A stretch of DNA of 53,721 nt from an uncultured Prevotella sp. (GTDB lineage: Bacteria; Bacillota; Clostridia; Christensenellales; UBA1242), in contig CAZXAV010000001.1 in the NCBI GenBank assembly GCA_964638195.1, forward strand, positions 1 to 53,721, written 5' to 3'. Of the stretch, positions 1-10,800 are shown piece after piece. The position numbers were made by a program, and so were the translations under genes. Below the pieces are notes generated by a model. That model did no database searches and had not been told where the DNA came from. It was given only the letters and a program-made list of their open reading frames with translations. Within the stretch, counting starts at the first letter, position 1, and each line of letters opens with the position of its first letter.

Positions 1-276
1 CGCCGGCACAGTAATGTCAATCAACGGGTCGTGTTTTAATTTTTCGTTGACCGCCTTAGCACGTAATTCGGCTTGCTTTTGGAAAAATTTTGTTTCAATC
101 GTGCGTTTTAATTCGTTTAAGCGTTTCCCGGCTTCGGCGCGTTGTTCCGCCAACAAATCTTTCAAACCCGCCAACATCTGTGTCAACTTCCCCGTTTTTG
201 AAAGATAATTTTTGTGGAACACCGCCAAATCGGCTTCAGTTTGGATTTGTTCCAACTCTTTTTCCATGTCGTCCAT
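1..276 (-). CDS. pheS: Phenylalanine--tRNA ligase alpha subunit, N-terminal fragment (gene continues past the left edge)
   Basis: The minus-strand frame is open from ATG 276 (alternative ATG 267) to base 1. Translation is MDDMEKELEQIQTEADLAVFHKNYLSKTGKLTQMLAGLKDLLAEQRAEAGKRLNELKRTIE...KLKHDPLIDITVPA. This follows the conserved PheS N-terminal arm pattern: YLGKKG-like 'YLSKTGKL', 'eeR..G..lNelk', 'iDvTlP'. It is absent from the ORF track because it is truncated by the window edge. Confidence 0.7.
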   Translation of the reverse strand, partial: MDDMEKELEQIQTEADLAVFHKNYLSKTGKLTQMLAGLKDLLAEQRAEAGKRLNELKRTIETKFFQKQAELRAKAVNEKLKHDPLIDITVPA

Positions 277-283
277 ATAGCTT

Positions 284-2458
284 TCAGTATGCCATATCTT
301 TGAAATATTGTAAATATTTATTCAAGCACGAATTGCGTTTCTTGGTGTATGTGTTGTTAACCATTTTTTGGACGTTTTCTTGTTTGCCGACCAACATAAC
401 CAACCGCTTCGCCCTTGTCACCGCGGTATACAGCAAATTACGCGTCATAATCATGTACGCCCCCGATACGACAGGAATGACTACCGCGTCAAATTCGCAA
501 CCTTGGCTTTTGTGCACAGTAATCGCATACGACAAAGTCAACGCCGCCAATTCGGAACGCGGATAAATGGTGACCCGTCCGTCTTCCAATTCGACAGTGA
601 TTTCGCCACTAAATTTGTTAATTTCGACGATTTTGCCGATGTCACCGTTGAATATACCTTTCCCCTCTTCGTGGTTCTTGACCCACTCTTGCTTATAATT
701 GTTGACCGTATGCATCACGCGGTCACCTTGGCGGAAAATGGTTTCCCCGTACAACAATTCGGCTTTGTCGGGTGCGGGCGGATTGATTATTGCTTGCAAG
801 CATTTATTCAAGTTAATCACCCCGGCGGCACCCAACTTCATGGGGGCTAAGACTTGCACTTTACTGGTATCAACCCCAAGATATTGTGGTAATCGTGACG
901 AACATAACCCCAATATCTCGTTTTTAATCATTTCCGGGGTTTCCGCACTGCTGTAAAAGAAATCCGAACTTTGGTTATCAAGCAAAGGCATTTCACCGTT
1001 GTTAATGCGGTGGGCGTTGATGGCAATGGTCGCGTTTTCCCCCGTGCGGTAAATTTGGGTCAAGCGGATAGTCGGCACTACCCCAGATTCGATAATGTCC
1101 GCCAAAACATTGCCCGCCCCGACCGACGGCAACTGGTCACTGTCCCCGATAAATACGACTTTGGTGCCCGCCAAAATTTTTCTTAACAATGATGCGGTCA
1201 GCAAACAATCACACATGGAAACTTCGTCGACAATCACCATGTCTTGGGTAATGAAACTGTCGTGCGGGTTGTGAGAGAATTTTTCCAAACAACGGTGAAT
1301 TGTCATGGCGGACTGTCCCGTGGTTTCTTCAATGCGTTTGGCGGCACGTCCCGTCGGCGCTAACATCTGGGTGCTGAGTTCGTTGGCGCGGTTAATATAT
1401 AAGATGGCTTTGATAATCGTGGTTTTACCCGTGCCCGGTCCGCCCGTAATCACAGTCACACCGCCCGTCACCGCTTGCTTGATTGCCAGTTTTTGGGTCG
1501 CGTGGAAAGTAATCCCCTGCAAACTTTCGTAGTGGTCAATCAAATCATCCACGTTGTCGGGTTGCTTGGGTTCTTGCATCAATAACAGCAATTTTTGTGC
1601 AATGGCTTTTTCCGCGTTGAAAAAACGGATTAACTGCAAACCTTGCACACCGTCGACGTCGACCGCTACCACAATGCGGTCAATGCACAATTCGTTGACA
1701 ATCGTGTTGAACGTCGGGGTCAAGTCTTCCATTTTGATGCGTAATAAATGACAGACTTTACTGATCAAATCGGGCAACGTGACATAAGTGTGTCCGTCGG
1801 TTTCGGCGCTGACTTTCAGAATGTGCACTACCCCGGCGCGGACGCGGAAAGTCCCGTTATAACTGACGCCCAGTTTTTTTGCCATGTTGTCCGCGGTTGT
1901 GAAGCCCACCCCGTCGATGGTTTCGATTAACACGTACGGGTTTTTGGCAACAGTGGCAATCGTGTCTTTGCCGTATTGTTGGTAAATTTTTAGTGACAGA
2001 TTCAAACTGATTTCAAAACGGTACAGCCACATCATGACGGACTGCATTTCGCGCACCGCCATGTAGTTGTCGGCAATGCTTTGGGCTTTTTGGGGTGAAA
2101 TGCCACGGATTTGGGTCAAATCTTGCGGGCGGGTTTCAATGACCGCGATGGTTTCCATGCCGAATTTTTTAACAATTTTACGCGCGGTGGCAGGTCCGAC
2201 CCCTTTCAATAAGCCGCCGCCCAAGAACGCCAAAATCTTGTCTTCGCTGTCGGGTGGCATCAAAGTCATTTCGGTAAACGCGAATTGTTTGCCGTGTTTG
2301 GCGTTGTTGACAAATTCGCCGACAAACTTATATTCCGCGCCAACCGACACCAACGGCACGACCCCGACGGCGGTTAAATTGTTATCCAACCGCAAAACGC
2401 GATACCCCGTTTCTTCGTTCGCAAAAACAACCGACGACACCGTCCCTTGAATAACCAT
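284..2458 (-). CDS. recD2: RecD2-type SF1 ATP-dependent DNA helicase
   Basis: The ORF is 737 aa at its longest (284-2497). It has Walker A 'GGPGTGKTT', Walker B-like 'VIVDEVSM', 'DSDQLPSVGAGNV' and C-terminal 'YAITVHKSQGCEF...YTAVTRAK' SF1 motifs. The N-terminal 'GTVSSVVFANEETGYRVLRL' OB-like start is typical of RecD2. The likely true start is ATG 2458 (MVIQGTV...), because the longer extension would cover the divergent promoter at 2485-2513. The stop is TGA. Confidence 0.85.
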   Translation of the reverse strand: MVIQGTVSSVVFANEETGYRVLRLDNNLTAVGVVPLVSVGAEYKFVGEFVNNAKHGKQFAFTEMTLMPPDSEDKILAFLGGGLLKGVGPATARKIVKKFGMETIAVIETRPQDLTQIRGISPQKAQSIADNYMAVREMQSVMMWLYRFEISLNLSLKIYQQYGKDTIATVAKNPYVLIETIDGVGFTTADNMAKKLGVSYNGTFRVRAGVVHILKVSAETDGHTYVTLPDLISKVCHLLRIKMEDLTPTFNTIVNELCIDRIVVAVDVDGVQGLQLIRFFNAEKAIAQKLLLLMQEPKQPDNVDDLIDHYESLQGITFHATQKLAIKQAVTGGVTVITGGPGTGKTTIIKAILYINRANELSTQMLAPTGRAAKRIEETTGQSAMTIHRCLEKFSHNPHDSFITQDMVIVDEVSMCDCLLTASLLRKILAGTKVVFIGDSDQLPSVGAGNVLADIIESGVVPTIRLTQIYRTGENATIAINAHRINNGEMPLLDNQSSDFFYSSAETPEMIKNEILGLCSSRLPQYLGVDTSKVQVLAPMKLGAAGVINLNKCLQAIINPPAPDKAELLYGETIFRQGDRVMHTVNNYKQEWVKNHEEGKGIFNGDIGKIVEINKFSGEITVELEDGRVTIYPRSELAALTLSYAITVHKSQGCEFDAVVIPVVSGAYMIMTRNLLYTAVTRAKRLVMLVGKQENVQKMVNNTYTKKRNSCLNKYLQYFKDMAY

Positions 2459-2484
2459 TTTCACCATAATTATATAATTCAATC

Positions 2485-2513
2485 TTGACATTGGCAATGA
2501 AATGATGTATATT
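2485..2513 (+). promoter_or_regulatory. Sigma-A-type promoter TTGACA-17-TATATT for the 2521 gene; the transcript is probably leaderless
   Basis: TTGACA lies at 2485-2490, followed by a 17-nt spacer and TATATT at 2508-2513. Only 7 nt (AGACCTT) separate the -10 box from ATG 2521, and there is no SD-like sequence. Confidence 0.55.
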
Positions 2514-2520
2514 AGACCTT

Positions 2521-3507
2521 ATGAACAAATTATCAAAAATCAATGAACAAATGATTAACAAAAGCAATTTGAAAGACATTTTGAAAAAAGGTGTCCAAAT
2601 CGGTGTTTTGAGTGCGGCTTTGGCAAGCAGCGCCGTCATGGGAACGGGTTGCGCCCAACCGACCGACGGAACCACGATTGGAAAAGGTGAACCTACGGTC
2701 AGCAAAAACTACGCTACCCCAACCACTGAAAATATTGGCAACTACTTCACCATTCACAAATTTGTGGGTGAAAACGACCAAATCGGACGTGGCACTGCGG
2801 TGCAAGACGTCAACCACTACTTGGGTGAAGCCGAAACTTACATCAAAGGTTTGGCGAACGGTTTCAATCAACCCGAAAAATTCCAACCTTTAATCAATGC
2901 TTTACAAAGCAACAGAGAATACAACGTTGATGGTCCTGATGGTGCCCAAAAACTTGATGCCATTATCAATGGTGCTTTCTCACCTTGTGAAGCCTATATG
3001 GTTCAAATTATTGATAATTTGGGCGGTTACTATGGTAATGCCGAAAAAAATCTTTTTGAACGTGAAGCATTTGAACAATGTTACCGTGTACTTGCCAACG
3101 AAGCATACTACAAAGGTTATGGTGCCGACAGAAATAAGGTAAAAGACTATTATGAAAATGAAAAGAAAAAACTTATCACAGTTTGGTCACCAGAAGAAAA
3201 TGAATTCCTTACTGCTAATTTAATTAACGTGTACCAAAATAATAATTTTACCCCAATTACCTACGATATCGATAGTTTATTAGGGAAAGCCGCCACCAAA
3301 ATGGGTGTTAACAAATTGGATTTACGCAAAGTGGTTAACATTGCTTTGGCGGGTGAATCTTTACACGCGATGCATGATTTAACTGGCAATCTTTTGAACC
3401 ACAAACAAGAAAATATGATGTATAACCCAGTCCTTAAAATGCAACGCGAAACAAACAGACTTTACTACGAAGTTGAACAATATCAAACAACATCGTTAGA
3501 ACGTTAA
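2521..3507 (+). CDS. Hypothetical secreted protein or probable lipoprotein
   Basis: The ORF is 328 aa. A basic N-region is followed by the hydrophobic stretch 'GVQIGVLSAALASSAVMGTGC', with Cys directly after the h-region (imperfect lipobox). The mature part is hydrophilic and rich in Y, N and E. I recognise no family. Confidence 0.55.
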   Translation: MNKLSKINEQMINKSNLKDILKKGVQIGVLSAALASSAVMGTGCAQPTDGTTIGKGEPTVSKNYATPTTENIGNYFTIHKFVGENDQIGRGTAVQDVNHYLGEAETYIKGLANGFNQPEKFQPLINALQSNREYNVDGPDGAQKLDAIINGAFSPCEAYMVQIIDNLGGYYGNAEKNLFEREAFEQCYRVLANEAYYKGYGADRNKVKDYYENEKKKLITVWSPEENEFLTANLINVYQNNNFTPITYDIDSLLGKAATKMGVNKLDLRKVVNIALAGESLHAMHDLTGNLLNHKQENMMYNPVLKMQRETNRLYYEVEQYQTTSLER

Positions 3508-3526
3508 ACCAAATTAACAATACAAA

Positions 3527-3557
3527 CAAAAAGGACGGTACACCACCGCCCTTTTTG
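3527..3557. terminator. Bidirectional intrinsic terminator between convergent genes
   Basis: The sequence AAAAAGGACGGTACACCACCGCCCTTTTT forms a 7-bp GC-rich stem (GGACGGT/ACCGCCC, one mismatch). An A-run lies on one side and a T-run on the other. It sits between stop 3507 (+) and stop 3569 (-). Confidence 0.55.
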
Positions 3558-3568
3558 ATTGATGTTAA

Positions 3569-6500
3569 TTATGCCGCGGTCTTTTCCTTTTCTTTGCCCC
3601 AACCGTTGGCATAGACACCGTCACCCAAAGATGCACCGTCCACGGGTGACTTGGTACCGTCATAGTTGTTCCAGAAGTTGGTCACCAAGTAGGTTTTCTT
3701 GACTTCGGTCACACCATCACGTTCCCCTTCCCCGTCGTAAAATTCTTGGAAGTTGCAAATCCAATCCGCTTGTCCGTTCTTCGCCCAGTATTTCATGTAA
3801 TTGAAGTAACCCGCGTAACCATTGGTTTCGGAATAAACCGATTTAATCATTTTGCAGGCTTTTTCAAAATAATCGTACGGAATATATAATTGGGCATATT
3901 TTTTCTCTGGCACATCTTTGATGGTGTACTCGTGGTGTCTGGTCCATTTAATGAACCACCATCCCACGGTATACGGGACACTATAATTAACGTTACTGAT
4001 TTTGGTTTCGTCAAGTGGTAAATAATAACAAGTATTATTCTTGTCTCCAGTATCCTCTGCCGACTTAAAGCCCGCTTTTCGAGTAATATTAGCAAACCAA
4101 CTGGGCAAATCATAAACATCAGATGCAGGTTGATAGCCCACGTATTGCGCCCAACGAATCATGGCATAGGCGGCGTGGCTGGTATCGGTACATTTTTGGG
4201 GAGTGGGTTTATTTTCATACACGGGATTGCCGTTTGCGTCAACTTCTGGCGTTTTTCCATCCTCTTTCATTTTCGGAATCATTTCGCCTTCCGCCAAACC
4301 ACCACAATACAAAGTACAAGCCTTAGCAAATCGTTCGTCTTGAATCAAAGTTTGTGCTTGACCAAAAATCGAATCGACATTATCCAAGCGCACATAACGG
4401 GTTTCGACTTCGCGGAAGTTATAGCGTTCATTGTATTCAAAGCGTTCTTGATAGGGACGTTGATAATCTTCGGGCATCGGGTATTTACAATTGTCATCAT
4501 ATTCATTTTTGTTGTCGACTTTTTTGGTGGTTTGATTTTCACCTTCGCCAACCGTCATATCGGGAATTGGCCAGTCATAATATTTCAGCATGTTCCAATA
4601 GTAATTATCACCATAATTGTCTTTATGATCTTTATAATCCTTGGTACCTTTATAATAATTCAAGGTATAGTTTTTATCAATCAACGTACCCGTTTCTTCA
4701 TCCGACGTTTGTTCACCACTGCTGTAAATTTTCGGGAAGACCGTGGTGCTGATTTGACGTTTGTAAATGGGGGCAACAATCGGGTCTTGTCCCGCGGTTG
4801 AGTTACCAAGTTTTGCCAAATATTCCACGTTGTTTTCGTATTTTTCCATGCGTTTCCATACCGCAAACGCGTCAATGGTCAACCAACCATCGGTTGAGGT
4901 CATGGTTTTGGTCTCACCAGTTTCTTCGTTGGTGTATTCGTATTCACCACGTGCCGCCAAGTACTCGTCACTGTTCGCGTAGATGTTAATCCATTCGCAA
5001 TAATCACGGTAAGTCATAAACGGGATACCGCCTTTGTTGAACCAGTCACGACGGTAGATAATCAAATCCGTTGTACGGTCACCTTGGGTGACACCTTCAT
5101 AGAAAATGTCGGTACGTACGGTTTGGTCCAAAACCCAACGGAAATCGGTAGCACTGTCGGCGGCACCAAAGAATTCGTCTTGGTCCAATTGCTTGCTGAC
5201 GTAATAGACGTAATGGTTCAAACGGAAATATTTGTCCAATTCTACGTTTGTCGTACCTTGTTTAATCACCTTATAATAATACTTTTGTGCCCAAAGGATG
5301 TAATCCGCGGTGGTATGTTCAGATTTCAACAAGGTCAAGAATGCCTCGCGGTCCGAACCAAATTCCATTGCCTCCGCCAATTCATTTTCCGTGGTCACTT
5401 TTTCCAAGAATTCCATTGACCTAGCAGCATATGGGAATGGTTTGCGGAAAGGTGTGTTTTCCACGGGAAGACCCGCCGAAATGGTGGCGTTATCAATCAC
5501 GGTGGTGTTTTCGGCATCCTTGTTGTACAGTTTCAAGAAGACCAAATAATCGGCATAGGTACTGTTCCAGACACCGTTCACGAAACGCGAACCCAAAACG
5601 ATTTTGGTGTATTCATCGGTGGTGAATGGGTCATTGACACTGGCATTGGCGAAACCAGATTTACCGCCGCCCTTATCTTCGGGCATATCCGCAGTCCAGT
5701 CGTCCGCCAAAGTGTAACCAGTTTTACGGTAAGTATACGGTTTTTCGCCACCCGTTGCCAAGACGCGGCTGTCGACGGGGATGGTTTGGGTCATGGCATG
5801 GGCTTTAATTTGGTCAAAGTTTTCGGCGCTGAAACCTTGGTGACGCCACCACAGGACTTCTTCCAAGTAATCGGAGTAATTGGCGCTTGCGTCTTGGCTG
5901 TTATCCGCAATCGTAACGACACGGTTCAAGGTCGGCATAATTTGACGGACAATCTTATAGTAGCCGTTGACATTGCCAGATTCGTCTTTGGAATAGAAAT
6001 CGGGTTCTTCGTTGGCTTCGACTTTGTAAAGCAACAAGATGTCTTTATCGGCGCTACGCGAAGACAATTCACCACCCGTGCTTGAATACACCGCTTTACC
6101 GAACATTTTGTTACCGTCAATATCCACGTACATGGCGGCACCACGATCTTTGGAGATGTCTTCGGACAATTCAATCAAACTGCCCACGGTATAATAGATT
6201 GCACCATCACCGTTGAGGAACTTTGCATTGGGGGTGGTATTAAACGACCAGACACCAACCGGTTCACCCGTCGTCCATTTAGAATCGGAATTGACGTCCG
6301 AAATCCATTGACCTTGGTCAAGAATTTGGGCAGAAGTTTGGTAAACGGCACGGACGTTACCATTGCCCGCAGAACTCAAAATGTTGCCATATGTCGTTGC
6401 CGACAACGCATATTGGAAATCGTACATACCGTCGTCACGTTTGAAGTATTGACGGATAAAGTCGACTTGTTGAGACGTCCAGTGGTATTGTTCGCATTTC

Positions 6501-7880
6501 AATTCAAAGATGTAATTATCAACTGCATCCCATGACGGTGTACGTTTCAACAACGCGTTCAAGCTGCCGCCCATACCAATCATTTCTTTGTATTTGGCAA
6601 TCGACAAACCGTGGCTGATTTTCGCGCTTAAATAGTTTTCCAATGCCGTCCAGTGGTTGTCACCATAAGAAATCACACCATTTTCCGAAACCACTTCGTC
6701 AGCCACCAAGTACCAACCTAAGGGGTCTGAAATCCATTTCAAGGTAATACCACCAATATCACTGATACGCGCACCACCGCCGCCTTCTGACGCCAAATGA
6801 CCGGTTTTGACCCATGCTTCTTCATTTTTCATTACGACCGCTTCTTCGTTTGCCATCATGAAGATAAATTCTGGCACGGTCAACAACATACCCGACGAAG
6901 TTTCCATCATTGAATTCAAGTACAGATACGACACATAGCCTTTATCACCCGTTGCCGGGAAATCGCGCGGCACGGAGTAAGTGTAAGACACCGAGGTTGC
7001 CGAAGTCTTGTCAGTATATTTGTAATCGGTTTTGCCGTACATATGGGTCATGTAGTAATAATATTGCGCCAAGGACATTTGCCAACCGCTGTTGACACGG
7101 AACGCGTTGTCTTCCGAATCCAATTCGTTCACGTAGTTAATGTAAATTTGCAAGGGGTCTTGGTTGGTGTATTGTTTACTGTCGGACATGTTTTTGACCA
7201 ATTCGATAAAGTCTTTATTGTTGGAAATCCTGATATTGCCGTCTTGCGCGGTGTATTCGACCGCCAAGGCGTACGGGTATACCATGTCCGCCAAACGGGT
7301 GCTGTACTTACTTGCCAAAGCACGGTACAGGTTGGTGTATTCCGTGGCTTCCATATCTATCGCACTGGCGAATTGTTTGAGCACCAAATAGTTTTCGTAT
7401 TGCGTCCATGTGAAGTTAGCATTTTGTGTGCCCGCAATGGTTTGACTGTTGGTAGTAACGTTATATTGATAAGTGAAGAGTACTTGCGCAATCGCACGAC
7501 GGTTGGCACGGTAAGTTTCAATGTTTTTTACAAATTCGTTTTCGCTTTCACCGTCTTCGCCGTTGCCTGCGGGTCGGGTGCTAATCGCGCTGTATTCAAT
7601 GTAACGTTCGTAGTTACCCGCAGCCCTGCCTTTCAATGCGCTGTGGGCGGTATCCCAAGTTTCAAAGACATTGTTATCGTTAATCCATTTCAACAGTTCA
7701 TTTTTGCCGTTGGGTGCAAATTTTTCCACACGCACATCTTGTCCGTCGATGGTGTTCGTGCTCAAAGTTGTGGGAATACTGCGCAACCATGGTTCTAACA
7801 TTTCCATGCGGGTGACCAAATCTCTGGTTTTGATGTAGGTCAACAAGTAGTCACGATATTCGTCAATCGTCATGGTTTGG
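3569..7880 (-). other. C-terminal ~1,440-aa non-repetitive, W/Y/D/E-rich region of the giant protein (no domain recognised)
   Basis: The region runs from '...TMTIDEYRDYLLTYIKTRD' (about nt 7880) to the stop. I see no internal periodicity. Aromatic content is high, for example 'YYYYMTHMY', 'WWRHQGF', 'GWWFIKWTRHH' and 'DNYGDNYYWNMLKYYDWPIP'. Confidence 0.5.
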
Positions 7881-10800
7881 ACTTTCAAGGTGGTGTCACC
7901 GACAATGCCGAATGCGTTAGTAATACCTTCAATGTAATCCGAAGTAGCAAAGTTGGTCGCCGATACGTAACTTGCAATGCCATAAGTCGACGGGAAATTG
8001 ATTTGCAAGATGTTCATGCGGGTTGTGCTGGTACCCGTGAACGAATTGGTGGTGATGGTACTGCGACCGACGATACGACCGAAATAGAAACCAATGTTCG
8101 AGGCTTGCGACGAAGTGACTTGCACGTAACTGTTAAGATTGCTGTGCGTATTGATGGCATTGTTAATGTAGCTGTAATCCCCACTGGCGCCGACGATACC
8201 ACCGATAATGTATTGCAAGTTACTGCTACTTGCCGCCAAGACGTTAACACTGACATTGATGTTTTCAATCACACCACTGTTCAAGTTGTTGTTATAGCCA
8301 TCGTTGAACCCTGCCACAGCACCAACCGTCATACCCCAGAAACGTTTGGTGGGATCGGTGGTATCGGTTGACGGGATGTTACGGAACACGTAGGAAGAAC
8401 CTGCCGAACTGAACACCGACCACTTTGCACCCAAATCCATGGCGGTATAGGTACTGGTTGTGCCGTCCGCGTTCTTGGTGACTTCACCAGAAATTTTACC
8501 CAAGTTGATACCGACCAAACCACCCAAATAATATTTACCAGTCAAACTGCTCAAACTATTCAACTTGGGTTTACGCAATTCAATTGTTTCGTCCATGATA
8601 CCGATTAAGCCGCCCGCAACATTCGCCGAAACGTCTTTTATCGCCCCAGACACATTACGTAAAATGATTTGGTTCGTGTAATACAAACCTTTGGCATTGA
8701 CCACCCTATCGTTAATGACGTTACCCGCTTTGTCTTTCAAGAACCAATTGGCTTCCGAGTTTTGGCTGGAACAGAATTGACGACCCAATTCCGTGCCATC
8801 CGCCGATTGTTTAATAATGGTCTTTTCAAAATTACGGCTGAAAATCGTGACATTGCCTTTTTCGTCCACAACGCGGTAATTGTTGGGGTTGGAAGTAATG
8901 AAACCGAACACACCACCCGCAGTACCGAAACCTTGTTCGTAAGAGATATCCAAGGCTTCAACCTTAGCATACAAAGTTTGGTGATAATATTCGATCCCCG
9001 AACCGAATGGTTCAGCACCAATATCGGTTTGCTGACTGTGGAAATTAGCCGTGACCGATACCGCGCTGTACAAGTTATAATTTTCGACTTTGGAATCGGT
9101 AACCACGTTCAAGCCAACGAAACCACCAACGATGTTCGCACCTTTAATGACGCGACTGCCCGTGACAGAAACGTCGACAAAACTGGTGTTAATGGCAATC
9201 CCCGCAATACCACCGACATAACGTGCGGTCGAGTTAATATTACCGATTTCAAAATTGATATTACGGATAGTTGCATATTCGGTTTTACCGAACAAGCCCA
9301 TGGTTGCCAAATCGTTGGTAACCGTATCCAAACTGATACCGCTCATGGTTAAGCCATTACCTTCAAATGTACCGGTGTAAACAATCTTGTAAGTATCTTT
9401 AATACCATCCAAGGCAACATCATCAACCAAACGCAAGTGGTTATTTTGACGGCTGTTTTCAATGTTAGTCAATGGCGCCGATTCCGCACCCTTATCGGCT
9501 TCGGTTGCTTGTGCGGTTGCCGCATAGACATAATCGTTGAATTGGTCTTTGTTCCAAATTAAGTACGGATTTTTGGCAGTACCGGGGTTATACAAGTACG
9601 GTGACGAGTTCCAAGAATATTTACGGAAACTGATTGCGATGTCGTTTGCCGCACGCAACATCGGACCAACGTCGGTCATCACCCAAATGGTATTGTTCGG
9701 CGAAATGCCCCATGCGCCTTCATCTTCTTGTGCTTGCCCGATTGAGAAGCCGCTGTAATTATTGATGTCGGCATATTTTGCACTGCTATTGTTACTCAAA
9801 CGTCTTAAAGTGGTACCCCAGTCGTCACTGATACTGATACTTTCCGCGTTACCCGCGTAAATCAAATTCGACAAGCCTTTGGAATTGTTGTTCGTTACCA
9901 CAAACGGCGCATAGTAATCCAACGTACCACTACTTTGCAAAATAATGTCATTGTTTTCAATACAGTTAGCGATGTAACCATTAGATGTGTTTTGGTATGC
10001 GAAACCACCCGCCGCACCTTCAGTACCCGTTTTCAAGATGACCATGTTGACCAAACAGTCGGTAATTGTACCACTGTTGATGTGGACGAAACCACCCAAT
10101 GAGTTACGAATGGTCTTTACAGCACCGGCAACCGAGATGTAGTTCAAATTGTTTTCACGTTCGGTTGAACGTCCCATTGCGTAGGATTGTTGAATTTTAC
10201 CAGTATTTTGACCAACGAAACCACCCAACAAACTGGCACCGTTGCTCAAAGAATTTGCATTGGCATTGTTAATAACACTACCGTCACGGAAATAAGTGGT
10301 TGTGATTGTACCACTGTTGACACCAACCACCCCGCCAACGGTCGAGGAAGCCACGTTAACTTGGTCAATATTACCTTCTTCGGTCAGTTGTTCTGGTCCG
10401 TACAATTCCACATCAATCAAGACACGACTGTTGGTAATCATGCGAGTGTTTGAACCAACCAAACCACCCAATACCACCGTAATCACATCACTGTTCGCAT
10501 AGACATACAAGCGAGCTTGGGCTTGGCTGTCAATCGTGGATTTTTTGTTGAATTTCATCGCGCTGTAATCGTCATAGCGCGCCACATTCGTACGGTCGGG
10601 GGTAATCCAGTTGGCTACGTTCATGTAAATATCATAAACAACCTTATCCCATTTACCAGTAACATCATTCTTAGTGACACCGTAACCAAGATTGTTGTAA
10701 ACGTTGGTTATCACTGGTTCACCATCGTTGTTCAAACCAATTTCATAGAAATAATCGTCATCAAATAAGTAACCATCTTTGTTAAATGGCAAGGAATCTT

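Noticed and set aside
2382-2705. A 107-aa minus-strand ORF spanning the recD2 and lipoprotein divergent region, together with the 13-residue extension of recD2 to 2497.
   Set aside because: It overlaps both real genes and the TTGACA-17-TATATT promoter. The RecD2 homology starts at MVIQGTV (2458).
4130-9352. There are numerous 60-250-aa plus-strand ORFs inside the 6,838-aa gene, for example 4130-4801, 7043-7798, 7877-8371 and 8669-9352. Similar ones lie opposite the 2,646-aa gene (30166-30738, 31207-31752).
   Set aside because: They are antisense shadows of a long, continuous minus-strand frame. Their translations are low-complexity (runs of V, I, F, R and H), lack starts with an SD or promoter, and tile irregularly. 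The minus-strand frame carries all the recognisable motifs.
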